Assembly (NCBI GenBank): GCA_001768615.1
Contig: MELE01000135.1
Location: forward strand, 37,590-101,589
Source: Acidobacteria bacterium RIFCSPLOWO2_12_FULL_67_14b
Lineage (GTDB): Bacteria > Acidobacteriota > Vicinamibacteria > Vicinamibacterales > UBA2999
Direction of reading: 5' to 3'
Length of the DNA stretch: 64,000 nucleotides
Every line of letters starts with the position of its first letter. The stretch's first letter is position 1. Positions 26,613 to 35,956 of this stretch are shown in pieces. The position numbers and the translations under genes are program-made. The notes below the pieces were generated by a model, which did no database searches, had not been told where the DNA came from, and was given only the letters and a program-made list of their open reading frames with translations.

Positions 26613-26794
26613 CTAGTCGCCCGGGTGGGCACCGCCACGGCGGAGCTTCGCGGACGCTCGCTTCACGATGGTCGTGACGATGGCCACGAGTTCGTCCGCT
26701 TCGGCCAGGGCAGACGTCGATCATCCGGAAAGGCATTCAAGACCTCGCACGCAAACAGAAAGGCCCGCTCTCGAATATCAAATGGTTTCTCCAT
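26613..26794 (-). pseudogene. Remnant of a four-helix-bundle protein gene (23S rRNA-IVS / Avd-like family), internally deleted and frameshifted
   Basis: The minus strand reads MEKPFDIRERAFLFACEVLNAFP (family-like N-terminus) from 26794. In another frame it reads ALAEADELVAIVTTIVKRASAKL...* (family-like C-terminus), ending at 26613. The span is not a multiple of 3 and is far too short for the ~120-aa family. Confidence 0.4.
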
Positions 26795-26922
26795 GCTTCG
26801 GGTTGAAGCACGCCGTGGGCCAGCGGTTAACTCATTGATTCCAAAGGAAGCCGACCCTTCGGGTTCGCAATCCCTGCGAAAGAGAGACCGCTACCGCGAT
26901 GCAGTTTCTGCTTTGGGCCTTG

Positions 26923-26957
26923 TTCTGCCTTGTGCCTTCTGCCTTCTGCCTTCTGCC
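26923..26957. repeat. Tandem heptamer array (TTCTGCC) x5, reverse complement of GGCAGAA
   Basis: Units TTCTGCC TTGTGCC TTCTGCC TTCTGCC TTCTGCC; degenerate units extend back to about 26904. Confidence 0.9.
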
Positions 26958-26981
26958 TTGTCTTGAGCTACCATCCCCGCC

Positions 26982-27917
26982 ATGAGGCGAGGATTCATGG
27001 CGACGCTCGCGACGTTTTGGCTCCTGAGTCAGGCGTCGCCGGTCCTTCAAACGCCTCCGCACCCGTACCGGGTTGTACCGAATTGGGGCGCCTTGCCGGG
27101 CGGCGCCACGTGGGGCGAAGTCCCGGGGATGGCGATCGACGCGAGCGGCAAGATCTTCGCCTTCCACCGCTCCGAGCCGCCCATCGTCGAGCTCGACAGC
27201 GCCGGCAAGGTGTTGAAGATGTGGGGCGACAAGATGTTTGCGTGGCCCCACGGCATCCGCGTCGATCGCTTCGGCTATCTTTGGATCACCGACGGCCTCA
27301 ATCGCAACGGGCTCGGGCAGCAGGTGTTCAAGTTCAGCGCCGATGGCCGGTTGCTGATGACGCTCGGCACCAAGGCCACGCGCGGCGAGGGGCCGGATCT
27401 GTTTGCCGGCCCGTGCGACGTCGCCGTCGCCGAGAACGGCGACATTTTCGTGGCCGACGGACACTTCAACGCGCGCATCGTCAAGTTCTCGAAGGACGGC
27501 ACGTTCATCAAGGCGTGGGGCAGGAAAGGCGAGGGGCCCGGCGAGTTCAACCTGCCGCACACGCTCGTGATCGACTCGCGCGGGCGCCTCCTCGTCGGCG
27601 ATCGATCCAACAACCGCATCCAGATCTTCGATCAGGACGGGACCTTCCTCGATCAGTGGACGCAGTTCGGGACGCCGAGCGGCATGTTCATCACGCCCGA
27701 CGACGCGCTCTACGTCGTCGACTACAACGTGAAGAAGGGCGTGTTCGTCGGCAGCGCGCGCGACGGATCCGTGAAGTACAAGATCGACGATGCCGTGGCC
27801 GAAGGCGTGGCGGTCGATCGGGAGGGCAACATCTACGTCGGCGAAACCGTGCCTGGCACCACGCTCACCGGGCAGCCCGGCGGCCACATCGTGCGCAAGC
27901 TCGCCCGGATTCCGTAG
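26982..27917 (+). CDS. NHL repeat beta-propeller protein (peptidylglycine amidating-lyase-like), secreted
   Basis: Repeated NHL-like blades (PHGIRVDRFGYLWITD; PCDVAVAENGDIFVADG; PHTLVIDSRGRLLVGDRSNNRIQIFDQDG) and a signal peptide. Confidence 0.75.
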   Translation: MRRGFMATLATFWLLSQASPVLQTPPHPYRVVPNWGALPGGATWGEVPGMAIDASGKIFAFHRSEPPIVELDSAGKVLKMWGDKMFAWPHGIRVDRFGYLWITDGLNRNGLGQQVFKFSADGRLLMTLGTKATRGEGPDLFAGPCDVAVAENGDIFVADGHFNARIVKFSKDGTFIKAWGRKGEGPGEFNLPHTLVIDSRGRLLVGDRSNNRIQIFDQDGTFLDQWTQFGTPSGMFITPDDALYVVDYNVKKGVFVGSARDGSVKYKIDDAVAEGVAVDREGNIYVGETVPGTTLTGQPGGHIVRKLARIP

Positions 27918-27957
27918 GATTCCGCAGGATTCCGCAGCGCGGAACTTCAGTTCCGCG
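27907..27957. terminator. 10-mer repeats (GGATTCCGYA x3) followed by hairpin GCGGAAC-TTCA-GTTCCGC between convergent genes
   Basis: Repeats at 27907-27936 overlap the NHL stop. A perfect 7-bp stem with a 4-nt loop lies at 27939-27956. The repeat units are themselves complementary to the stem arm. Confidence 0.55.
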
Positions 27958-27965
27958 ACACGCCT

Positions 27966-28409
27966 TTAGTCCCATGGGGTCGAGGGACCGCCGGCGAGCG
28001 AGTTGCGGATCTCTTCGACGAGGGCGCGTTCGATCCACCGGGCGATCCGCTTGGAATCGCCGGAGACGATGAGGTGCCGTGCGGACGCGGGTTGAATCCT
28101 GAGCCGGCGGGCGATCTCGAACTGCGCCCGATCGAGGACGGCGCTCATCCGCACGGACGTGACCCGGCCGGGCTCCCCGGTCCATTCCACCTCGACGATC
28201 TGCGCGGTGCCGACGTGGGCGATCAGGACTGCGACATCCTGCTGGTTGAGCACGATGCCGGTGCTGGTGCTGACGGCGCGCACGCGGGACAGGAAAAGAC
28301 GAGCGTCACGTTCGGAGGACTGGGCCGCGACGCCCGTAACGGAGATTACCGCCACGCACACCATCGCCGCCACGATGTTCGCGGGCGGTTGCAGGCGTGG
28401 TTGGGTCAT
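27966..28409 (-). CDS. Hypothetical secreted/anchored protein
   Basis: N-terminal hydrophobic segment IVAAMVCVAVISVTGVAAQ and a coherent ORF with GC3 bias. Confidence 0.5.
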   Translation of the reverse strand: MTQPRLQPPANIVAAMVCVAVISVTGVAAQSSERDARLFLSRVRAVSTSTGIVLNQQDVAVLIAHVGTAQIVEVEWTGEPGRVTSVRMSAVLDRAQFEIARRLRIQPASARHLIVSGDSKRIARWIERALVEEIRNSLAGGPSTPWD

Positions 28410-28469
28410 GGCGCGCTGATCCTGTCAGCGCAACCATGGCTCGTCCGCCGCCGGCCTGTCTTAAGCGTG

Positions 28470-28489
28470 TTCTAGGGTTTTTCTAGGGT
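28470..28489. promoter_or_regulatory. Direct repeat TTCTAGGGT x2 with 11-bp phasing; candidate winged-helix operator
   Basis: TTCTAGGGT at 28470-28478 and 28481-28489, about 25 nt upstream of the wHTH-FHA gene ATG. OmpR/PhoB-type wHTH domains typically bind direct repeats one helical turn apart. Confidence 0.4.
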
Positions 28490-28514
28490 AGGATCTGCCT
28501 GCCCGGTGTTGCAT

Positions 28515-29162
28515 ATGCGCTACGTGTTTGGCCGCTGCCGTCTCGACACGTCGAGCAGGGACCTCACCCGCGACGGGGTGTCGGTGCACCTGTCGCCGAA
28601 GGCCTTCGAGCTGCTCAAGCTGTTGATCGAGGCCCGCCCCCGCGTCTTGCCCAAGGCGGAGCTGATGGAGCAGTTGTGGCCCGACGCGTTCGTCGTCGAG
28701 GCGAACCTCCCGGTGCTGGTGGGCGAGGTGCGGACGGCCATTGGCGACCAGGCCGCCGGCGCCAGCGTGATCAAGACGCATCACGGCGTGGGCTACAGCT
28801 TCGTGTCGGAAGTGCGCGAGGTCCGGCCCGAAAACGACGTGACCGCCCCGGGCCCCGTGCTCGTGCTGCGCGTCGGCAGCCGCCGCATCGTGCTCGGCCC
28901 GGGCATCACCACGGTCGGCCGCGATCACGACGGCGACGTCTATCTCAACGACCCGAGCGTCTCGCGCGTGCACGCGCGGATCGTCGTCGAGAACGGCGCG
29001 GCCACGGTCGAGGACCTCAAGAGCAAGAACGGCACGTGCGTGCAGAGCGAGCCGATCGACAAGCCAACGCTGCTGAAGGATGGGGACGAGATCGAGTTTG
29101 GCAGCGTCAAGGTGTGGTTCATCGTCGAACGGCCCGACGATCCGACAACGCTGACTCTGTAG
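28515..29162 (+). CDS. OmpR/PhoB-type winged-helix DNA-binding domain fused to an FHA domain (no receiver domain)
   Basis: N-terminus LSPKAFELLKLLIEARPRVLPKAELMEQLWPD...IKTHHGVGYSF is a trans_reg_C-type wHTH. C-terminus TTVGRDHDGDVYLNDPSVSRVHARIV...DLKSKNGT...L.DGDEIEFG is an FHA domain. Confidence 0.8.
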   Translation: MRYVFGRCRLDTSSRDLTRDGVSVHLSPKAFELLKLLIEARPRVLPKAELMEQLWPDAFVVEANLPVLVGEVRTAIGDQAAGASVIKTHHGVGYSFVSEVREVRPENDVTAPGPVLVLRVGSRRIVLGPGITTVGRDHDGDVYLNDPSVSRVHARIVVENGAATVEDLKSKNGTCVQSEPIDKPTLLKDGDEIEFGSVKVWFIVERPDDPTTLTL

Positions 29163-29189
29163 GGCGCCGGTGTTCTGCAGGGCGCCCCT

Positions 29190-29738
29190 TTATGGGGCGC
29201 CGGCATTCGGACGGAGACCCTCGATAAACCGGTAGCCGTCTTTCTCCGCCAGCACGCGCACCGGCTTGAAGCCCGCGCCCTCGAGATCGCGGACCGCGTC
29301 GTCGCCACCCTGGCGGCCGATCCGTTCCACGACTTCGATACGCCCTCCGGCGCGGACGACGCGGCGGGCGTCGGCCAGGCACGAGGCGCGTTCGCCGGCC
29401 GGCCGCGCCGCCAGCGCCCCGCGCGTGTCGTCGACCACCACCATGTCGACGCTGTCGCCGTCGAACGGCAGCGCGCCCGCCGCGACCGGCTGCACGTCGA
29501 TCAGCGCGCCCACCTTTGCGCCCATCGCGCGGGCGCGCGCCGCCGAGGCCTCGTCGAAGGTGGCCACCGCCGCGGCGCCGCTGAGGCCGACTTTCGCCGC
29601 CAGGCCGGCGAGCAGCGAGCGGTCGTCGCAGCCGATCTGGATGAACCGCTCGCCCATGCGCACGCCGGTCATCGAGACGTGGAGCGGGTCGAGCGTGCGA
29701 CCCCGGCGCGAGCGAAGCGATTTCCAGAGGGCGAACAT
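29190..29738 (-). CDS. Class I SAM-dependent methyltransferase-like protein
   Basis: Start at MFALWKSL. Motif I-like FIQIGCDD, FDGDSVDMVVV and VVRAGGRIEVV. The track ORF N-terminal extension is translated from the CAATC repeat region. Confidence 0.55.
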   Translation of the reverse strand: MFALWKSLRSRRGRTLDPLHVSMTGVRMGERFIQIGCDDRSLLAGLAAKVGLSGAAAVATFDEASAARARAMGAKVGALIDVQPVAAGALPFDGDSVDMVVVDDTRGALAARPAGERASCLADARRVVRAGGRIEVVERIGRQGGDDAVRDLEGAGFKPVRVLAEKDGYRFIEGLRPNAGAP

Positions 29739-29764
29739 GTGTCCATCATAGCTGCGTCGCCTGC

Positions 29765-29990
29765 ATTGACGATTGAGCGATTGACGGATCGGGAGACTGT
29801 TTGGTGATTGCCGATTGGGTGATCGGGTGATTTCGATTGCGGGATTGTCGATTGAAGATTGGCGGCCACGACGCGCCCAATCGCTCGATCTGAGCAATCA
29901 CTCAATCACAATATCCAATCGCCCAATCGCCCGATCGGCAATCACCCAACAATCGGACGATCGGTCAATCGACAATCGCCGATGTGCCCG
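29765..29990. repeat. ~225-bp imperfect dyad: GATTG-rich left half, CAATC-rich right half
   Basis: About 8 GATTG copies in 29765-29870 and about 9 CAATC copies in 29878-29990, centred near 29873. Fills the divergent spacer between the methyltransferase-like gene and the inositol-phosphate synthase gene. Confidence 0.85.
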
Positions 29991-30037
29991 CCAGGCCGAG
30001 GGGGTGGCGGCGAGGACCGGCATGATATATTTCCACG

Positions 30038-31346
<1,309 letters not shown>

Positions 31347-31348
<2 letters not shown>

Positions 31349-31367
31349 GCTTGAGGCTTGGGGCTTC
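31347..31367. repeat. Tandem heptamer array (AGGCTTG) x3
   Basis: Units AGGCTTG AGGCTTG GGGCTTC; related by reverse complement to the CTCAAGCC units at 25275-25306. Confidence 0.75.
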
Positions 31368-31376
31368 GGGATCTTT

Positions 31377-31871
31377 ATGACACCAGCTAAGACCCAGCCG
31401 GCGCTGCTCGGCGGATTGGCCATCGGCGTGCTCTCCGCGCTGCCGGTCATCAACCTCGCGAACTGCTGTTGCGCGTGGATTCTCTTTGGCGGGGCGCTGG
31501 CCGCGTACCTGATGCAGCAGAACCACCCCGAGCCAATCACCGTGGGCGACGGCGCGATCGTCGGCCTGCTGGCCGGCATCATCGGGGCGTTCGTGTGGCT
31601 GCTGCTGTTCGTGCCGCTGACCGCCGTGCTGGCGCCGTTCCAGTCCGGCATGGTCCAGCGCATGATGCGCAGCTCGAACAACATGCCGCCCGAGGTCCGC
31701 GCCATGCTCGACAGCTTCGGGTCCGGCGGCGTCATCGGGATCGGCGTGGTCTTCTACTTCTTCGCCATGCTGTTCGTGGGCAGCGTCTTCGGCATGGTCG
31801 GCGGCCTGTTCGGCGCCCTGATGTTCAAGAAGAACCCGGTCACCTTCCCGCCGCCCGTGCCGCCTTCGTGA
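31377..31871 (+). CDS. Hypothetical polytopic membrane protein
   Basis: Start at MTPAKTQP. Four predicted TM helices, a CCC motif (ANCCCAWILFGG) and a Pro-rich C-terminus. Confidence 0.6.
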   Translation: MTPAKTQPALLGGLAIGVLSALPVINLANCCCAWILFGGALAAYLMQQNHPEPITVGDGAIVGLLAGIIGAFVWLLLFVPLTAVLAPFQSGMVQRMMRSSNNMPPEVRAMLDSFGSGGVIGIGVVFYFFAMLFVGSVFGMVGGLFGALMFKKNPVTFPPPVPPS

Positions 31872-31918
31872 CCGTGGGTTAAAGCCCGTCAGGTTCCGGG
31901 CCGATACGTCGTTCTGCA

Positions 31919-32803
31919 ATGGACCACGACGCGGCCCACGAGGCGTTTTTCGGCTTTGTCGAGCGGCCGTTCAGCCTCACGCCGGATCCCAGGTACTACT
32001 TCCGCAGCCGATCGCACAGCCGCGCGTTTGATGCCCTCTCGGCCGGCCTCGCGCACCGCGAAAGCCTGCTGCTCCTCACCGGCGATCTCGGCGTCGGCAA
32101 GACCACGCTCTGCCGGACGCTCATCGAACTATTCGAGCGCAAGACGCGGGCGGCGCTGGTCGGCAACGCCTTGCTCTCGCCCGAAGATCTGCTCCGCTTG
32201 GTCCTCCAGGATCTCGGGGCCGTGGCCAGGGACGAGGTCCGCCGCGGCCGCCTGGCGGGCGCGGCGCGGGCCGAGCTGCACCAGATGCTCGACGAATTCC
32301 TCCTGCACCTCCGGTCGAGCCGGGAAGGCGCCGTGCTGATCGTGGACGAGGCCCATAGCCTGCCCATGGCCACCGTCGAGCAGATCGCCGCGCTGGCCAC
32401 TCTGGACTCCAACCGCGAGAAGGTGCTGCAGATCCTGCTGGCCGGCCAGCCGTCGATGGCCGGCGGGCCCACGCTGCCCAAGGCGCTCGACGATCGCCTC
32501 AATACGCGCGCGCGCCTGCTGCCCCTCGAACGCGACGAATGCGAGCGCTACGTCACGCATCGCCTCGCCATTGCCGGCGGCCTCTCGGTCAGCTTCGCGC
32601 CGCGCGCCCTGGAGGTGATCCACGGCCTCTCCGGCGGCGTGCCGCGGCTGGTCAACCTGCTTTGCGAGCGCGGGCTGCAGGAGGCCGCCGCCGCCGGGTC
32701 GCACCGCATCGAGCCCGGCATGATCGAAGCCGCCGCCTCCGGCCTCGAACTGCTTCGCCTTCGCCCCAAGCGCTTCCGCTGGTTCGGCGCCAACTTACGA
32801 TAG
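31919..32803 (+). CDS. ExeA/GspA-like AAA ATPase
   Basis: FGFVERPFSLTPDPRYYF N-terminus, Walker A GDLGVGKTTL, Walker B VLIVDEAH, and QILLAGQP, as in ExeA-type secretion/EPS-locus ATPases. Confidence 0.75.
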   Translation: MDHDAAHEAFFGFVERPFSLTPDPRYYFRSRSHSRAFDALSAGLAHRESLLLLTGDLGVGKTTLCRTLIELFERKTRAALVGNALLSPEDLLRLVLQDLGAVARDEVRRGRLAGAARAELHQMLDEFLLHLRSSREGAVLIVDEAHSLPMATVEQIAALATLDSNREKVLQILLAGQPSMAGGPTLPKALDDRLNTRARLLPLERDECERYVTHRLAIAGGLSVSFAPRALEVIHGLSGGVPRLVNLLCERGLQEAAAAGSHRIEPGMIEAAASGLELLRLRPKRFRWFGANLR

Positions 32804-32905
32804 TTCCTCACGAAGGTTCCCCACGAAGGTTCTTGGCGCAGGTCCTTGGAGCGATCGTGAAGAACGATCGTGGGGAACCTTCGTGAGGAACCTTCGTGAG
32901 GAACC
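32803..32905. repeat. Compound hairpin built from inverted 13-mer arrays (CACGAAGGTTCCY / RGGAACCTTCGTG) around a central 7-bp stem
   Basis: Left arm 32803-32833, right arm 32869-32905. Central CGATCGT-GAAGA-ACGATCG at 32852-32870. Same unit as 6595-6646. Confidence 0.9.
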
Positions 32906-32922
32906 CGTCATATACTGCCGAA

Positions 32923-34884
32923 ATGTCCGAGCGAGTGTCTCCAGAAATTGAAGCGCTGCTCCACGAGCATCGCAGCTTTCCCCCGTCAGACGCGTTCCGC
33001 GCGCGGGCCAACGTCAACGATCCGGAGATCTACGCGAAGGCGGCCAGGGACCCGGAGGCCTTCTGGGAAGGCTTCGCGAAAGAGCTCGAGTGGATCACGC
33101 CGTGGTCGAAGGTGCTCGACTGGAACCCGCCCCACGCGAAGTGGTTCGTCGGCGGGCAGCTCAACGTCAGCGCCAACTGCCTCGACCGTCACGTGCGATC
33201 GTGGCGGCGCAACAAGGCCGCCTTCATCTGGGAAGGGGAGCCCGGCGATCGCCGCACGCTCACCTATTTCGACTTGTACCGGCAAACCTGCCAGTTTGCC
33301 AACGTCCTCAGGTCACTCGGCGTGAAGAAGGGCGATCGGGTGGCGCTCTACCTGCCGCTCATTCCGGAACTGGCCATCGCCATGCTCGCGTGCGCGCGCA
33401 TTGGCGCGGTCCACTCCGTGGTGTTCGGCGGGTTCAGCGCCGAATCGTTGCGCGACCGCATCAACGATGCGGCGTGCACCGTGCTGGTCACCGCCGACGG
33501 TGGCTGGCGCCGCGGCGGGATCGTGCCGCTCAAGCAGATGGCGGACGAGGCGCTCGAAGACGCGCCGTCGATCAAGCACGTCGTCGTCGTGCAGCGATTG
33601 CACGGGTCGCCCCTGCCGATCCACGTCAAGGAAGGGCGCGACCACTGGTATCACCGCCTGATGCAGGAGGCGCCCTACGACTGCGAGCCGGAGGCGATGG
33701 ACTCGGAAGACATGCTCTACATCCTCTATACGTCCGGCACCACCGGCAAACCGAAGGGGATTGTCCACACCACCGGCGGCTACCTCACCGGCGTCTACGC
33801 CACCACCAAGTGGGTCTTCGATCTGAAAGACGACGATGTGTTTTGGTGCACGGCCGACATCGGCTGGGTCACCGGGCACAGCTACGTCGTGTACGGCCCG
33901 CTCGCCGTCGGCGCCACCGTGGTGATGTACGAAGGCGGGCCCGACTGGCCGGCCAAGGACCGCCTGTGGGAGATCGTGGCCCGCTACGGCGTGACCGTGT
34001 TCTACACGGCCCCGACCGCGATTCGCGCGTTCATGAAGTGGGGCACCGAGTGGCCGGCGCGCCACGGCATGTCGACGCTGCGCCTGCTGGGATCGGTCGG
34101 CGAGCCGATCAACCCCGAGGCCTGGATCTGGTACCACCTCCACATCGGCGGCTCGCGCTGCCCCATCGTCGATACGTGGTGGCAGACGGAAACCGGCGCG
34201 ATCATGATCACGCCGCTGCCGGGCATCACGAAAACGAAGCCCGGTTCGGCCACGCAGGCGTTCCCGGGCATCAGCGCGGAGATTCTCAAGGACCAGGGCG
34301 ACCGTGTGTCGGTGGGCGGCGGCCTGCTCGCCATCACCAAGCCGTGGCCGTCGATGCTCCGCACGATCTACGGCGATCCCGACCGCTACGTGACGCAGTA
34401 CTGGTCCCGCTGGGGCCGGGACCTCTACTTCACGGGCGATGGCGCCAAGAAAGACGACGAGGGCTACTTCTGGCTGCTCGGCCGCGTCGACGACGTGCTC
34501 AACGTGGCGGGGCATCGCATCGGCACCATGGAGGTGGAATCCGCGCTCGTAGATCACCCGAAGGTGGCGGAGGCGGCGGTGGTGGGCCGGACGCACGAGA
34601 TCAAGGGCCAGGCGCTGGCGGCGTTCGTGACGGTCAAGGAAGGCACCCATCCCTCCGAGGCGCTGGCCGACGAGCTCAAGAAGCACGTGGCGCACAAGAT
34701 CGGCGCCATCGCCAGGCCCGACGACATCATCTTTGCCGCGGACCTGCCGAAGACCCGCTCAGGCAAGATCATGCGCCGGCTCCTCCGCGACATCGCCGAA
34801 GGCAAGACGCTCGGCGACACCACGACGCTGGCCGATCCGGCGGTGGTGGCGAAGCTGAAGGACCAGTACGAGTCGCTGGAGTAA
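32923..34884 (+). CDS. acs: Acetyl-CoA synthetase
   Basis: Canonical Acs sequence ([65 protein letters not shown]). ATG at 32923; the track GTG at 32896 lies inside the repeat. Confidence 0.95.
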   Translation: MSERVSPEIEALLHEHRSFPPSDAFRARANVNDPEIYAKAARDPEAFWEGFAKELEWITPWSKVLDWNPPHAKWFVGGQLNVSANCLDRHVRSWRRNKAAFIWEGEPGDRRTLTYFDLYRQTCQFANVLRSLGVKKGDRVALYLPLIPELAIAMLACARIGAVHSVVFGGFSAESLRDRINDAACTVLVTADGGWRRGGIVPLKQMADEALEDAPSIKHVVVVQRLHGSPLPIHVKEGRDHWYHRLMQEAPYDCEPEAMDSEDMLYILYTSGTTGKPKGIVHTTGGYLTGVYATTKWVFDLKDDDVFWCTADIGWVTGHSYVVYGPLAVGATVVMYEGGPDWPAKDRLWEIVARYGVTVFYTAPTAIRAFMKWGTEWPARHGMSTLRLLGSVGEPINPEAWIWYHLHIGGSRCPIVDTWWQTETGAIMITPLPGITKTKPGSATQAFPGISAEILKDQGDRVSVGGGLLAITKPWPSMLRTIYGDPDRYVTQYWSRWGRDLYFTGDGAKKDDEGYFWLLGRVDDVLNVAGHRIGTMEVESALVDHPKVAEAAVVGRTHEIKGQALAAFVTVKEGTHPSEALADELKKHVAHKIGAIARPDDIIFAADLPKTRSGKIMRRLLRDIAEGKTLGDTTTLADPAVVAKLKDQYESLE

Positions 34885-34899
34885 CGGCGGTCCCGTGGC

Positions 34900-34930
34900 T
34901 TGACATTTAAGAGTGTAACAGTTATTACAC
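34900..34930 (+). promoter_or_regulatory. Sigma70-type promoter TTGACA-17-TATTAC with overlapping inverted repeat GTGTAA-N6-TTACAC
   Basis: TTGACA at 34900-34905, TATTAC at 34923-34928, IR arms at 34913-34918 and 34925-34930. An AT-rich island directly upstream of the chrB-like start (34937). Confidence 0.5.
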
Positions 34931-34936
34931 TAGTAA

Positions 34937-35956
34937 GTGTCAACTGACTCAAGCGCAAATTCGTGGCTGCTGCTGCTGTTCCAGCTGCCGGCCCGGCCGA
35001 CGGCGGCGCGCGTCCGCACCTGGCGGCAGCTGCAGCGGTTGGGGGCCCTGCCGGTCAGGAACAGCGGCTACGCCCTGCCGCACTCGCCGGCGGCGCGCGA
35101 AGACTTCGAATGGCTGCGCGCCGACATCGTCGCCGCCGGCGGCGACGCCATGGTGTTTGTCGCCAGCGCCGCCGACCAGGCGGCCGACGAGGAACTGCGG
35201 CTGGCGTTCCGCTCGGCGAGGGCCGCCGACTTCGACACGCTGCGAAAGACCGCCGTGCAACTGGGCCGCACTCCGCAGGCCAGGCGCGGCCGCCGGCCCG
35301 GCCGCGACATCCGCGGGCTGGCCGACCGTCTCGCGCATCTCGAGACCATCGATTTCTTCGCGGCGCCCAACGCCGCGGCGGCACGGGCAGCCGTGGGCGC
35401 GTTGCTGCAGCCGGCCGAGGAGGTGACCGTGACGACCGCGCATGAAACCGTCCTTCGGAACGCCGACTATCAGCGGCGGACCTGGGTGACCCGTCCGCGT
35501 CCCGGCATCGACCGGTTCGCCTCGGCCTGGCTCATCCGGCGCTTCATCGACCCCGGCGCGCGATTCACCTTCGCCGAGTCCATCGAGGCCGCCCGTCTCC
35601 AGAAACGCCAGGCCGTGCCCTTCGACATGTTCGGGGCCGAGTTCGGCCACGCCGCCAGCGGGTGCACGTTCGAGACCCTGGTCCGTCGATTCGCGATCGA
35701 GGCGCCCGGCATTGCATGGCTCGCGCGCATCGTCCATGCCCTCGACCTCAAGGAGAACGACGCCGCCGTGCCGGAAGCCGCGGCGCTGGGCCGGATTGTC
35801 GAAGGGTTGCGCCAGCTTCACCCGCAAGACGACGTCCTGCTCGAGCGCGGTGTGGACGTGATCGAGGCCTACTATCGATCGCGGCCGGCCGAGCCCGGCA
35901 AGTCGGGGGCACGCTCGCCGAAGAAGACGGCGCGCAGGAAGGCCCGGCCCGCATGA
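34937..35956 (+). CDS. ChrB-like chromate-resistance family protein
   Basis: N-terminus WLLLLFQLPARPTAARVRTWRQLQRLGALPVRNSGYALP and C-terminal domain IDRFASAWLIRRFIDPGARF...CTFETLVRRF match the ChrB N- and C-terminal domains as I recall them. No chrA transporter gene nearby. Confidence 0.7.
   Translation: MSTDSSANSWLLLLFQLPARPTAARVRTWRQLQRLGALPVRNSGYALPHSPAAREDFEWLRADIVAAGGDAMVFVASAADQAADEELRLAFRSARAADFDTLRKTAVQLGRTPQARRGRRPGRDIRGLADRLAHLETIDFFAAPNAAAARAAVGALLQPAEEVTVTTAHETVLRNADYQRRTWVTRPRPGIDRFASAWLIRRFIDPGARFTFAESIEAARLQKRQAVPFDMFGAEFGHAASGCTFETLVRRFAIEAPGIAWLARIVHALDLKENDAAVPEAAALGRIVEGLRQLHPQDDVLLERGVDVIEAYYRSRPAEPGKSGARSPKKTARRKARPA

Noticed and set aside
26485-26736. 83-aa minus-strand ORF and the 149-aa plus-strand ORF (26517-26966) in the TonB/NHL spacer.
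   Set aside because: Both are largely translations of the heptamer arrays (PSAFCLLPSAFCL / GRRQKAEGRRQKAEG) and have no start context.
26553-26957. Possibility that the tandem arrays are CRISPR arrays.
   Set aside because: Units are 7-13 nt and directly abutting, with no unique spacers. There are no cas genes in the window.
35662-35952. N-terminal extension of the SufS-like ORF (track start 35662).
   Set aside because: It overlaps the 3' end of the ChrB-like gene in another frame and reads as Arg-rich low complexity. The ATG at 35953 gives a clean Tat signal and an ATGA coupling.
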